A stretch of 64,000 nucleotides of DNA from positions 73,581 to 137,580 of the forward strand of contig CAOKPI010000001.1 in NCBI GenBank assembly GCA_948470605.1, read 5' to 3'. Below the pieces are notes generated by a model. That model did no database searches, had not been told where the DNA came from, and was given only the letters and a program-made list of their open reading frames with translations. The stretch's first letter is position 1. Every line of letters starts with the position of its first letter. Source of the DNA: an uncultured Clostridium sp. Lineage in GTDB: Bacteria; Bacillota; Clostridia; TANB77; CAG-508. The position numbers and the translations under genes were made by a program. Positions 43,238 through 54,035 of the stretch are shown piece by piece.

Positions 43238-44319
43238 ATGAAGAAAAAAAGAAGAAGAGAAAATGGCGAAGGTACAATATTTGAAGATAAGAAAAATAAA
43301 AGATAGATAGGTCAATACATATCAGGAATATCTTCAGAAGGAAAAACTATTAGAAAATCAGTATATGGAAAAACTCAAAAAGAGGTTTTAAATAAATTAA
43401 ATGAAATTAAATACAAAATGAATAATGATACGTATGTAGAGAAAAATGGAATTGAATTAGTAAAAATAATGGAGGATATAAGAGAAGAAAAACTTGCGTC
43501 AAATACAATTTCTGGTGGTCAATATGCTAGATTACAATGGACTATCAATAAAATTAAAAATAGCAAAATTGGAAATATGAAAATACAAGATATAACCAAA
43601 GATGATATTCAAGAATTTTTAAATTCTGTCAAAGATTTAAGTGATTCATATATTAAGAAACTTTATGAACAATTTGTACAAGCATATCGCAGAGCAGAAA
43701 TTAAAAAATACATTTCTTATAACCCAATGTATGAAGTTATAAAACCAAAAAGTAATAAGCAAACTAAAATTGTTGAAGCATTAGGTATCAACATTCAAAA
43801 AGCATTTACAGAATATCTAAATAAAGTTTCAATAGAAAATGAACCATATAAAAATATATTTTTAATACAAATGATAAAGAATTTGCGATTATTTTAGGAA
43901 ATAAGACGAAAACTTATGCAGGTAATAGAACTTTACCTATACCAGAATTTTTGGTACCAATTTTTAAAGAACAAGTAAAATATACAAATGAAAATTTACA
44001 CAATTTAATATTTACAAATAATGATACTTATATAATAACATCTGCAGTCAATAAAGAGTTAAAAAGAATATTTAAAGAAGAACTAAATGTAAATCCAATA
44101 AATATAAGTTCGCATTGTTTAAGACATACATATGGAACAAGGTGCATTGAAGCAGGAATGACTGCAGTTGTTTTACAAAGATTAATGGGGCATAAAGATG
44201 TAACAGTTACTTTAAATACATATACATCCGTGTTTAATAAATTTAAAGAAGATGAACTTGAAAAAGTAAATAACTATTTAAATAATAACCAATTAAATTT
44301 TGTAAATTGCAGTAATTAA
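43238..44319 (+). pseudogene. Tyrosine integrase pseudogene
   Basis: RRENGEGTI start, in-frame TAG 43304-43306, apparent deletion of the catalytic Arg region near 43870; HCLRHT, LMGH, YT retained. Confidence 0.8.
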
Positions 44320-44337
44320 GATGTCAAATATATAGTA

Positions 44338-44386
44338 TTGCAAGCTTCCTATTTGTAAGTACAAGTACTACAAATAGAGCTTGCAA
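44338..44386. other. Candidate oriT hairpin upstream of mobC
   Basis: TTGCAAGCT.CTATTTGTA.GTAC / GTACTACAAATAGAGCTTGCAA. Confidence 0.4.
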
Positions 44387-44443
44387 AAATTGGGAGAACC
44401 CAAACCCCTTAATTTGTTTTAGGGAAAATTAAGGAGGAATACA

Positions 44444-44752
44444 ATGCCCAAAGATAAGAAAATAAATGTACGATTAACTGAAAGCGAAAAAAAGAAAATT
44501 AAAGAAAAAGCTAAAAAGTGTAGTATTACTATTTCTAAATTTATAATTAGTTCTTGTTTAAAAGATAAAATTGTCATTGTAAATGGATTGGATAAAGTAA
44601 ATATAGAACTTAGAAGAATAGGAAATAATATTAATCAATTAACAAGACTTGCAAATGAAAAAATAATTACAGTAGTTAACTTGAAAGAACTGCGAATGGA
44701 AGTGAATAATATATGGCAATTATTGAAGCAATTAGTTCAAAAGCAAACTTAA
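44444..44752 (+). CDS. mobC: MobC relaxosome accessory protein
   Basis: INVRLT RHH domain; ELRRIGNNINQL. Confidence 0.85.
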   Translation: MPKDKKINVRLTESEKKKIKEKAKKCSITISKFIISSCLKDKIVIVNGLDKVNIELRRIGNNINQLTRLANEKIITVVNLKELRMEVNNIWQLLKQLVQKQT

Positions 44753-45820
44753 AAAGAATTATAAATTATGTTACACAAGACAAAAAAACAAATATAAATC
44801 TAGTTGCAGGAAAAGATTGCTTAGCTGAAAGTTGTTCAGAAGAAATGCAATATATAAAAAATTTGTACCATAAAAATAATGGTAGACAATATATACATAT
44901 TATTCAATCATTTGATCCTAAAGATAATTTAAAACCTAATCAAGTGCATAATGCAGGATTAGACTTAGCAAATACATTTACTGGATTTCAAGTATTAGTA
45001 GCAACACATATTGATAAAAGTCATTTACATAATCATCTAATTGTAAATTCTGTATCTTTTGAAAATGGATATAAAATTCAAATGAGTAAAAAGGATTTAC
45101 AATATTTAAAGGATTATTCTGATAAATTATGCTTAGAGATTGGTGCTTCAGTTATTCCTAAAAAGGAAAACACTCAATACATAAAAAAACGAATATAGAG
45201 TAGCTGAACAAGGTAAAAGTTGGAAATTCAAATTAATAAATGCAATTGATTTTTCCTTAGCAGAAAGTACTAATAAAGAAGATTTTATAAAATCAATGAA
45301 TAAATTAGGTTATCAAGTTAATTGGACTGACACAAGAAAATACATCACATATACAACACCTGAAGGTTATAAATGTAGAGATAATAAATTATATGATAAA
45401 AAATATTCAAAAGGAGTACTGGAAAATGAATTTAGAAGAATTAAAGAAGAACAATCAAATAGTAAAGGAAAGTCAAGTAATTCCATCAATAGTAAAAATG
45501 AATTATTATCTAGTAGAACCAGAGATAATGAAGGATTTATATCAAATGGAACAAGCAATAGCAGAAGATATGACAATTATGAAAAAGAAAGTTCAAGATA
45601 CACAAGAAGATTTATTAAAGACAATATAAGAATGAACGAGGAAATGAAGAAATTAGTGGAGGAAAAAGTGAAAGATCAATTTTACAATCTGAAACGCGAA
45701 TTGAAAGCTACAGAAGAAGAACAGAAACGCAAAATTTTCAAAATAAAATGGAAAATAGGATTAGTAACGTTCCTGGTGGGATTATTGCTATCAGCAATAT
45801 GGTTTCTACCCCACAAATAA
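44713..45820 (+). pseudogene. MOBP-type relaxase, frameshifted in an A-run at ~45183-45190
   Basis: HIIQSF, ATHIDKSHLHNH; the +1 frame continues EYRVAEQGKSWK into ORF 45296-45820. Confidence 0.75.
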
Positions 45821-46015
45821 ATAATAGACCTAAAAAGAAAATTAAAGGTTATAGAACTTTATCAAAACAAGCTATGAAGGAATATGCTATTAAAATGGCT
45901 AATGTAGGTTTTATTCGTTGGGAAGAAGATGAGTTGTAGAAACTTACAAATTTTTACTAGACAATATAAAACTATTAATGTATAATGCAAACATAATAGT
46001 AAAGAGGTTTTATCT

Positions 46016-47816
46016 ATGGAACAAATGAGTAAGGAAAAACTAATTGAATACTTTATAGAACAACTGGGTGATAATGAAGCTTTAGGCAATGTAATGTCTA
46101 TAGATCAAATAAGAAAAAAATTAAATTATATAATAAAAGATGTAACTTATAACGATGAAATAGGATGTTTCGCTGGTGGTTGTGAAATGGATTTAGAAGG
46201 AAGAGTAAATATTAATTTTGATTTAAGAAAAATATCTTGGTCAGAGGAAAAAGTAATTATTGTACATGAATTGTTACATGCTCTTTCAGCAACTGCAAAG
46301 CCACATATTCCAGGAGTACAATTACAAAAATATGGATTACATTTACAGTATTTAAGGAAGATTTATGATGAGGAAACAGGAAAGACATATAGTTATATAA
46401 GTAGAGATGAGGAAACAGGAAAGACATATAGTTATATAAGTAGAAATGTTGCTATTAATGAGGGAATGACAGATACATTAGCAGAAATAATTACAGGTTC
46501 AGCTCAAAATGGATATAGTACAGAAAAAGACATCTATAAAATATTATCAATTGTTATTGGTAAAGAGAATATGCTTAGACAGTATTTTTCCGAAACTCCT
46601 GACGAAGAGCCGTTAGATATTTTAAAAAAAGATCTTATTAGAAAATATGGAGAAATTTTAGGTAACGACATTAATAATGATTTAAAAAGAGTATTACGAT
46701 TATCAGATCAATTACTTGATTTAGATAGAAATGATACTATTCATGGAATTAATAATGATGGAAGAAATCTTCAATCTAAAACAAAAGAGGAAATGTATAA
46801 GATTTTAGAAGGTATGATTGAGAAAGTAATAGAAAATGAACCCAATATCATAAATAAAATTAATAATATTTTAATACCAACTTTTTCAACGAGTTTAAGT
46901 GAAAAATTTTCTGAAAAAATATTTAGAGAATTAAGAGAAAGTAAAATAATAGGATATAATGAAAAACAAAATATTTCGCATATTATATTAACAAAATATT
47001 TTGAATTATGCAAAAAAAGAAATGTCGATTTAATAAGCGATTTATGCATAGAAAGTGGTAATATCTCACAACAAATGTGGAATAAAAAGCCAATATTAAA
47101 AAGTGTACTTGCTCAAGTGTTTAAAAATACAATAGGACAAATCGTACCAAGATCAATTGATTATATGAATAAACAATTAGATAAAATTAAATATCGTCAA
47201 GTTGGAGACTATTATATGTTCCTTTGTCATGAAGAATATAATGAAGCATATGCAGCAAGTGACGGTTCTTCAAATGGCAAAATGTTCGATAAAGATGGCA
47301 TAAGTATAGAGGAAACTGAACTTTATAGCTTTTTTTCTAAGCCAATTAACAATGAAACATTTTCTGATAAATATAACGATATATTAAAAGAAAAGTTTAA
47401 AATTTCACGAGATGAAAGCATAACAATTTTAAAGGAACAGTTAAGAGAAAAAGTAAAAGAATTTAAAGTTAAAACACTAATTGATAAAGAAAACAAAGAA
47501 TATGAAGATTTTATGCTTATTTCAATAGCGAGAAACTTATTAAAAGTAGAGTATATTCCTGATTTAGATGATTATGATAATATCTACGAATTTTATTCTG
47601 TAGATTCTAATGGTTTATTGCAACCGGTAGAACTACGGAGAAGAACGAAGATTTATTGATGATATGTCAGAACTAGATATTGAACTGCAAAAACAAACTC
47701 AAGATATATCAGTAACAGAAATGATGCAAGAAACAGATATAATGCAAAAAACATTAAAAGGAAATGAATCTATAACAGAAAAAAATTTAATAGGAGAAGA
47801 TAGGGATGGCAAATAA
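46016..47816 (+). CDS. Zincin-like (HEXXH) hypothetical protein, ~599 aa when extended by +1 shift at CGGA (47636)
   Basis: VHELLHAL and NEGMTD; the +1 frame runs 59 codons to TAA 47816, overlapping the next start. Confidence 0.65.
46367..46444 (+). repeat. Exact 39-bp in-frame tandem duplication (DEETGKTYSYISR x2)
   Basis: Seen directly. Confidence 0.95.
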
Positions 47817-48021
47817 AATTAAAATAGACAATCAAGAATTATTAGTATTATTAGAATTTGAAGATTCTGAATATAAAAATATTATAATGTGTCTGGATGA
47901 AAAAGATGAAAAAGTATTTGTAATTAATAACAAAATTGTAACAGATAAGAGTATAATTGATAAAATAAATAAAAAATATAGTTTAGAATTACCAGATGAA
48001 TTAAAAGGCATAATATTTTAA
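47806..48021 (+). CDS. Hypothetical protein
   Basis: ORF with RBS AGGAG, operon position. Confidence 0.6.
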   Translation: MANKIKIDNQELLVLLEFEDSEYKNIIMCLDEKDEKVFVINNKIVTDKSIIDKINKKYSLELPDELKGIIF

Positions 48022-48038
48022 TAAGAGGTGCACAAATT

Positions 48039-48494
48039 ATGACTTATGAAACAAGGCAAGCTTATTCAGAAATATGTATGGTTTTGGAATATATGCCAAG
48101 TGAGTACGTAAAGAAAATTCCTAAAAAGGTAATAGAACTGTTTCAAACTGAAAAGCTAGAAAATTATGATGTGAATATTAATAAAACAAATCCAATAGAT
48201 AAAAATTATTTAAGTAAAAAAGCTATGATAATAATTGCTATGCTTAATTATCAATATTGGTGTCCAAATAAAAAAGTAAAAGATGATTTATATAAACAAT
48301 ACTTATCGAATAATGAAAAGTATCAAAAAGAAATCGAAGAAAAATATAATGTAGACAATATATTTAAAAATAGGCAAAAACTAATTCAAGATGAGAATGT
48401 AAATGAAAATACTATATCAATAATTGAATATAAAGAATCATTTTTCACTATACTATTTAAAAAGATAAAATCTTTATTTAAAAAGCATAAATAA
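48039..48494 (+). CDS. Hypothetical protein
   Basis: ORF with RBS GAGGT. Confidence 0.7.
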   Translation: MTYETRQAYSEICMVLEYMPSEYVKKIPKKVIELFQTEKLENYDVNINKTNPIDKNYLSKKAMIIIAMLNYQYWCPNKKVKDDLYKQYLSNNEKYQKEIEEKYNVDNIFKNRQKLIQDENVNENTISIIEYKESFFTILFKKIKSLFKKHK

Positions 48495-48814
48495 ACTAGA
48501 TATAATTGAATGCAATTATTACATTCAAAAAAGTTTAGTTGAATGTAATTTTGAATGCAGTAACACAGATATAGAGAAATTTTGAAAAAGCTTGATAAAA
48601 GAAAAAAGGCTTAAAATAGCCTAAAAATAAAAAAAGAAACTTGCAAAAAGCTCCTTTTTCTGGTCGAGGCGAGGTACTCTACCTAAATGCTATTTTTCCT
48701 TATATATCAATGTTTTCAAAGAACTATTTTTAATTGTTGAAGTTTTTTGTTGAAAGTTTAATGTTTTTTATACTATTAAATTTCAACAAATTCTATCTAG
48801 TTTTCTTTAGTATT

Positions 48815-50203
48815 TTAAGCACTTTTATCTTCTGTAGAAAAGTCAACTCCAAAAATATTCTTACCTATTAAATAGTCTTCAACATTTTTATTTTCAGAGC
48901 TTTCAAATTCACTATCTACATCAACATAGTATTGCATAGTTATTGTAATATCTGAATGACCTAATATCTTTTTTAGAACTGCTGGTGCAATTTTAGCTTC
49001 AGCACATCTTGTTGCAAATGTTCCTCTTAACATATGAGTATGAACATCAGTCTTTTGGACTAATTGCCCTTTGTTGTTTTCTTCTTCATATATACCAATT
49101 CTAAGTTTCATTGCAATTCTTTTTAAGTTACTATTTATAGAATTTTCTATATGCATTGTCTTATCTTCTTTACAAAATAGTAAATGAGTTTTATTTGTTA
49201 TTTTATGCTCTAATGCTGATTCAATTATCTGCTTACTTATATTTGTCATGGTTAATGTTCTTTCTCCATTTTCAGTTTTAGCAGTTTCTCCAATTATTGC
49301 TTTACCACTAATATTTTTAGTTTGAGTTTTTCTTATATAGATTTTTCCATTTGCTAAATCAATATCTTTTTCATAATCTAAAACTAATGCTTCGCCAATT
49401 CTCATTCCTGTAGTTAATAATAGCAAAAACAAATATTTATTAGGGCATTTTTCATAGTTTATAGAATTTAGATAATCTACTAATTTCTTTTGTTCTTCAA
49501 TAGTTAATGACTTTCTATGATGGCTTTTATATTCGCTTTTTGGTTTTTCAACTCTTTTCCAACCTGTCATAAAATTATCTGTTATTATATTTTCATAAGT
49601 TGCTTGTCCAAATGCCATACATATTAGTTCATAAGTCTGTTTTATTGTGCTTTTAGAATATAATTTTAAGCTTTCTAAATATTTGATTACATCTTCTCTT
49701 TTTACTTTTGTTATAGGTATATTAGTAAATTTTTCTTTTTGCAGTTTCTTTAATGTATCAGTTTTTCTTTTAAAAGTAGCTTGTTTTATTTTGCCTAACT
49801 TGAAATCCTCTTTTAATACACTTTCTACTAAATCAACTATTGTTTTATTGCTTTTGGTAATAATTTTAATTCCACCATTCTGATCCAATTTTAATTTTTC
49901 AGTTAAAGCTTTATTAAAAGCTTCCGTTTCATCTTTTCCAACAAAAGTTTTTGTCATTGTTTTTCCTGTAGTTGTATCTCTACCTATTGTTAATACAGCT
50001 TTAGGTGTTATTATAAAATAAAAATATTCACATTCTACATTGTTATTAAATACTTTACCATTTTCAAACTTACTAATATTTTTATATTTACAAGTGTTTT
50101 TAAACTTACAGCTATTACAGATTTCTTTACTAGATAGTTTTGTATTTTTATCTTTGATTCTCTTTAATAGATAAGTTCCTGATGTTATTCCTTTAATTTT
50201 CAA
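48815..50203 (-). CDS. Tyrosine recombinase/integrase
   Basis: TGMRIGE, HMLRGTF, ILGHS, QYY. Confidence 0.9.
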   Translation of the reverse strand: MKIKGITSGTYLLKRIKDKNTKLSSKEICNSCKFKNTCKYKNISKFENGKVFNNNVECEYFYFIITPKAVLTIGRDTTTGKTMTKTFVGKDETEAFNKALTEKLKLDQNGGIKIITKSNKTIVDLVESVLKEDFKLGKIKQATFKRKTDTLKKLQKEKFTNIPITKVKREDVIKYLESLKLYSKSTIKQTYELICMAFGQATYENIITDNFMTGWKRVEKPKSEYKSHHRKSLTIEEQKKLVDYLNSINYEKCPNKYLFLLLLTTGMRIGEALVLDYEKDIDLANGKIYIRKTQTKNISGKAIIGETAKTENGERTLTMTNISKQIIESALEHKITNKTHLLFCKEDKTMHIENSINSNLKRIAMKLRIGIYEEENNKGQLVQKTDVHTHMLRGTFATRCAEAKIAPAVLKKILGHSDITITMQYYVDVDSEFESSENKNVEDYLIGKNIFGVDFSTEDKSA

Positions 50204-50362
50204 TGTACTTTCGTCCTTTCCTAAAATTTTAGGAAATACCTTGCTTTTTTAAGTTTTTTAATGTTATAATACATACAGAAACATTTATGCAAGGTAATCC
50301 TTGTGATTTGAGATTTAAAATGTTTTTTGAAGGTTTAAATGGGCTTATTTAAATCTTCTTTT

Positions 50363-50554
50363 TTAATCATTTGTAATTTCATTATTTTGAAAATAATCTT
50401 TAAAAGATTGTTCCATTACAAGCCAAGACTTACCGATTTTCTTTGCTGGAAAATCTTTTTTATGAAATAATTCTAAACATGTCTTATTTCCAATTCTTAA
50501 TGCCTGTCTAATGTCTTTTGTTTCTAAAAATATTGTACCATTTAATGTTTTCAT
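50363..50554 (-). CDS. Excisionase-like HTH protein
   Basis: DFPAKKIGKSW; upstream of the integrase. Confidence 0.7.
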   Translation of the reverse strand: MKTLNGTIFLETKDIRQALRIGNKTCLELFHKKDFPAKKIGKSWLVMEQSFKDYFQNNEITND

Positions 50555-50760
50555 AAAATTTCCCCTCCTTTCGTTTGTTTTAAATATACAAAAAGATTTA
50601 GCTATTTCTCTTGACTGATTGTAGAAAAAGTCCTATAATATTAAGTGAGAAATATATAAATATTTTTCAAGTTCAAGTGCATTATATTATAATAATTTTT
50701 AAATGTCAATGAATTTTCAAAAATATTTTATTTTTCTAACAAATATTTGAAGGAGAGTTT

Positions 50761-51864
50761 ATGAATATATTTAATATAAATGTTCCAAAAGATAGTATAT
50801 CAATGATTTTTGATGCACATAACGATGTTGAAAATTATAACACAACTTTATATTTGCATAAATCAAAAATCACACTAGCTGATGAAGATAATGAATATTC
50901 AGCTCAAGTGGAACTTGATCTAAAGGCAGATACCAAAAAAGATAAAATGGTAAAGCAAATGTTTAATAAAGATTATGGATCTTTTATACTTACATTTTTA
51001 AATGCTGATTTTTCAAGTGTAGAAAATGCATATAATACTTTTTTCGTTTATTATGGACTTGAAGGACTTAATTATATAGATGAAATAAAAGAAAAATATC
51101 CAATAGAATATACTACTAGATATGTATCAACAAAAAAATTCTTAGATTACTATAATAAAGCATTTGACTTAGTAAATACAGATTATATAAAATTTCAAAA
51201 TGATATGAAAAAGACTGTAGATTTTGTATTCGATTTACATGGAAATAAAAGTTCACTAGATGTAGATAAATATTCTAAATTCAAAGCATATTCTGCTGTT
51301 GTTGATTTAATGGAGCAATTTTCTTCACGAATACGTCTAGGTATAGTAAAAAGTTTACCTAGAAAAACGCCTTCAAAAATGACTACTAAGCAAGTTGAGG
51401 AATTAGCCTATGATATTGCTAATAAAAAAGTAGATGATGTGGTTGGCTATGTATATGAAAGTTCATCTCATTTTGCATTAGCTTATATTGCATTAAATGA
51501 CTTAATACAAAACTCAAAAAGAAGTATTAGTGTTTGTCAAAATTGTGGAAGGTATTATTTACAATACTCTGGAAAAGAAATATATTGTGAGTTGCCTAAT
51601 GCAGATGGAAGTCCAACTTGTAAATCATATGCTTCTCGTAAGGCTTATGATAATAAGATAGTAGAAGATGTTGCTGAACTTGCATATAAAAGAGAATATC
51701 AAAGAAGAATAACTCAAGTATATCGTGCAAATGAGCTTAAAAAGCCAATAATGAGAAAAGAATATAATGATTGGAAAGCAAAAGCTAGAAAGCAATTAAA
51801 ATTATATCGAGAAAATAAAATAACAAAAGAAGAATTTTGTGATTGGATAGAGAAAAATAAATAA
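50761..51864 (+). CDS. DUF6076-like protein with C-terminal Zn ribbon
   Basis: CQNCGRYY, IYC, TCK; typical of element-associated regulators. Confidence 0.6.
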   Translation: MNIFNINVPKDSISMIFDAHNDVENYNTTLYLHKSKITLADEDNEYSAQVELDLKADTKKDKMVKQMFNKDYGSFILTFLNADFSSVENAYNTFFVYYGLEGLNYIDEIKEKYPIEYTTRYVSTKKFLDYYNKAFDLVNTDYIKFQNDMKKTVDFVFDLHGNKSSLDVDKYSKFKAYSAVVDLMEQFSSRIRLGIVKSLPRKTPSKMTTKQVEELAYDIANKKVDDVVGYVYESSSHFALAYIALNDLIQNSKRSISVCQNCGRYYLQYSGKEIYCELPNADGSPTCKSYASRKAYDNKIVEDVAELAYKREYQRRITQVYRANELKKPIMRKEYNDWKAKARKQLKLYRENKITKEEFCDWIEKNK

Positions 51865-51987
51865 TTATGCAAATATTATAGACTTTTTTAAAGAAATGTT
51901 GTAAAATTCTTATCATAGAAAGTAAGTTTAGCAGATGTGTGTGTTGCCTCAACCTTGATTTCTTATCAAGAGTTAGGGGGTGAGGCT

Positions 51988-52098
51988 ATGTTAGAGATTT
52001 TTGCATTCCTAGTAATAGGTTTAATGATTTCAATAACAATCAATTTAGCCTTGCTATGTATTATATACATACAATGGGTTAATAGTCAGATAAAATAA
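51988..52098 (+). CDS. Putative type I toxin, 36 aa (MLEIFAFLVIGLMISITINLALLCIIYIQWVNSQIK)
   Basis: Not in the ORF track; RBS GGGGGTGAGG; single hydrophobic helix. Confidence 0.7.
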   Translation: MLEIFAFLVIGLMISITINLALLCIIYIQWVNSQIK

Positions 52099-52099
52099 A

Positions 52100-52188
52100 A
52101 AAAGCACTACACATTTGCTGGCAGGCAGTGTAGTGTTTTTCTCAATTAATTTTGGGCAACACACATTTCTGTGTTTGCTTACTTTCTA
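52100..52188 (-). ncRNA. Putative type I antitoxin RNA
   Basis: Minus-strand TTGACT(52223)-18-TATAAT(52199); bidirectional hairpin 52099-52140. Confidence 0.55.
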
Positions 52189-52260
52189 TCTTTATTATAC
52201 TCTAGTTTTATAGAAAAAGTCAAGAAATATAAAAAATTATTTTAAACGGAGAAACATTTA

Positions 52261-52713
52261 ATGATTAGTTATAAATGGTGTAATGGAAAAATTCCAAAAG
52301 ATATAGAAATAAAACAAGTTTATGGAATTGTTTTTAATGAGGATGGAAATATATTTTTAAGAATAGATAATGGAATATACAAATTAACAGGAGGAAGACC
52401 TGAAATAGAAGATAAATCTATAGAAGATACTTTAAAAAGAGAATTTATAGAAGAAGCAAATATAACAATAAAAAATATTCATTTGTTAGGTTATCAGTTA
52501 GTAGATGAAAATAATGGAATTAAACCATATGCTCAAGTACGAATGATTGCTCAAATTGATGAAATTTTTGAAAATAGACCTGATTTAGATAATGGAAAGT
52601 TATATAAAAGAGTTTTCAAATCTCCAAAAGAAACAATAGAATTATTAAATTGGGGAAAAGTAGGTAAAAATCAAATAGAGGAAGCTGTAAAATTAGCAAA
52701 GAAATATTATTAA
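52261..52713 (+). CDS. NUDIX hydrolase
   Basis: GGRPE..IEDTLKREFIEEA Nudix box. Confidence 0.85.
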   Translation: MISYKWCNGKIPKDIEIKQVYGIVFNEDGNIFLRIDNGIYKLTGGRPEIEDKSIEDTLKREFIEEANITIKNIHLLGYQLVDENNGIKPYAQVRMIAQIDEIFENRPDLDNGKLYKRVFKSPKETIELLNWGKVGKNQIEEAVKLAKKYY

Positions 52714-52729
52714 ATAGTTTGGAGAGAAA

Positions 52730-53128
52730 ATGAAAGTATTAAGTTTAACAGAGCCATGTGCAACATTAATTAAAGAAAATATAAAGAAAGTAGAAACAAG
52801 AAGTTGGAAAACATCTTATAGAGGCGAATTATACATTCATGCAAGTAGTACAAAAATACCTAAAGAGTGGAGAGAAGATAAAGAATTTATGGAATTAGTA
52901 AAAGAAACTCCATTAAATTATGGCAATATTATCTGCAAGTGTAATTTGGTTGATTGTATTTATATGACTAAAGAATATGTAGAAGATATGAAAAATAATA
53001 ATCATCAAGAATATATTTGTGGCAAATATAAAGAAGGTAGATATGCTTGGATATTAAAGAATATTGAAGTGTTGGATAATCCAATTAAAGCAAAAGGTCA
53101 TCTAAGTATCTGGAATTATGAAGAATAA
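52730..53128 (+). CDS. ASCH domain protein
   Basis: SLTEPCATLI..KKVETRSW..YRGELYIHAS. Confidence 0.85.
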   Translation: MKVLSLTEPCATLIKENIKKVETRSWKTSYRGELYIHASSTKIPKEWREDKEFMELVKETPLNYGNIICKCNLVDCIYMTKEYVEDMKNNNHQEYICGKYKEGRYAWILKNIEVLDNPIKAKGHLSIWNYEE

Positions 53129-53142
53129 TAAGGAGGAAAAGT

Positions 53143-54003
53143 ATGAAACAAAATCTAGTTAGAATTAATTCTATTGATAATATTGAAATGGTTGGAATGT
53201 TATATGAACCAGAAGAAAAAAATAATAAAATAGTAATTCATGTTCATGGATTATGTGGTAATTTTTATGAAAATAGATTTCTTGATATGTTAGCAAAAAC
53301 ATATACAAATAAAGGTTATAGCTTTTTAACATTTAATAATAGAGGAACTAACTTTGTTTCAGAGCTATTAAAGGGTAATAATTTTGCAGTAATAGGTGGT
53401 TGCTATGAAAAATTTACAGATTGCTTATTAGACATAGAGGGAGCAATTAACTATTCAAAAAATATAGGATATACAGAGATTATTCTTGAAGGACACAGTT
53501 ATGGTTGTAATAAAGTAGTCTATTATTATAATAAAAAGAATGATGAAAGTATAGAGAAAATCGTATTATTAGCACCATGTGATATTCCACAAGAATGTAT
53601 TAAATTTTTAAGCAAAGAAGAATATGAAATAGCAAGAAAAGAAGCAATAAGATTAGTCAATGAAGGAAAAGAAAATAAATTAATCGATTTTTCAGTAAAT
53701 GCTAATGGAGTAATCGCAGCTGGAACATATTTTAATGACTTCTTACCAAATGGCGAAAATGATTTTATAAGATATGTTGACGGAGTAAATGGAAAAAGTA
53801 ATGTTCTTAACGATATTGACATTCCAGTATTAGTTGTATTTGGAGATATAGATGAATGTGTGTTAACCCAAGATATTGAAATAGTAAAAGCATATTTAAA
53901 GAACAATATTAAAGAATGCGATATTCAAATTATAAATGGTGCAGACCATTCTTATACAGATAAATATGAAGAATTAGGAAAAATAATAGAAAAGAATATA
54001 TAA
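53143..54003 (+). CDS. Alpha/beta hydrolase (DUF1749-like)
   Basis: HVHG, GHSYG nucleophile elbow, GDID, GADH. Confidence 0.85.
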   Translation: MKQNLVRINSIDNIEMVGMLYEPEEKNNKIVIHVHGLCGNFYENRFLDMLAKTYTNKGYSFLTFNNRGTNFVSELLKGNNFAVIGGCYEKFTDCLLDIEGAINYSKNIGYTEIILEGHSYGCNKVVYYYNKKNDESIEKIVLLAPCDIPQECIKFLSKEEYEIARKEAIRLVNEGKENKLIDFSVNANGVIAAGTYFNDFLPNGENDFIRYVDGVNGKSNVLNDIDIPVLVVFGDIDECVLTQDIEIVKAYLKNNIKECDIQIINGADHSYTDKYEELGKIIEKNI

Positions 54004-54035
54004 AGAAATGAAAAATAGAATGGAGAACTTAAAAG

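Larger units (their letters stand above)
39149..48672. mobile_element. Integrative mobilisable element 2 at tRNA-Pro (decayed)
   Basis: Bounded by TGGTCGAGGCGA (tRNA-Pro 3' end) at 39149-39160 and 48661-48672; TTGAATGYAA arm repeats at 39210-39230 and 48506-48560. Confidence 0.85.

Noticed and set aside
45181-45198. Relaxase break AAA AAA C GAA as a CGA analogue of the CGG shift
   Set aside because: Equally explained by one extra A in an A7 run within a decayed element, and in-frame CGA occurs in intact genes.
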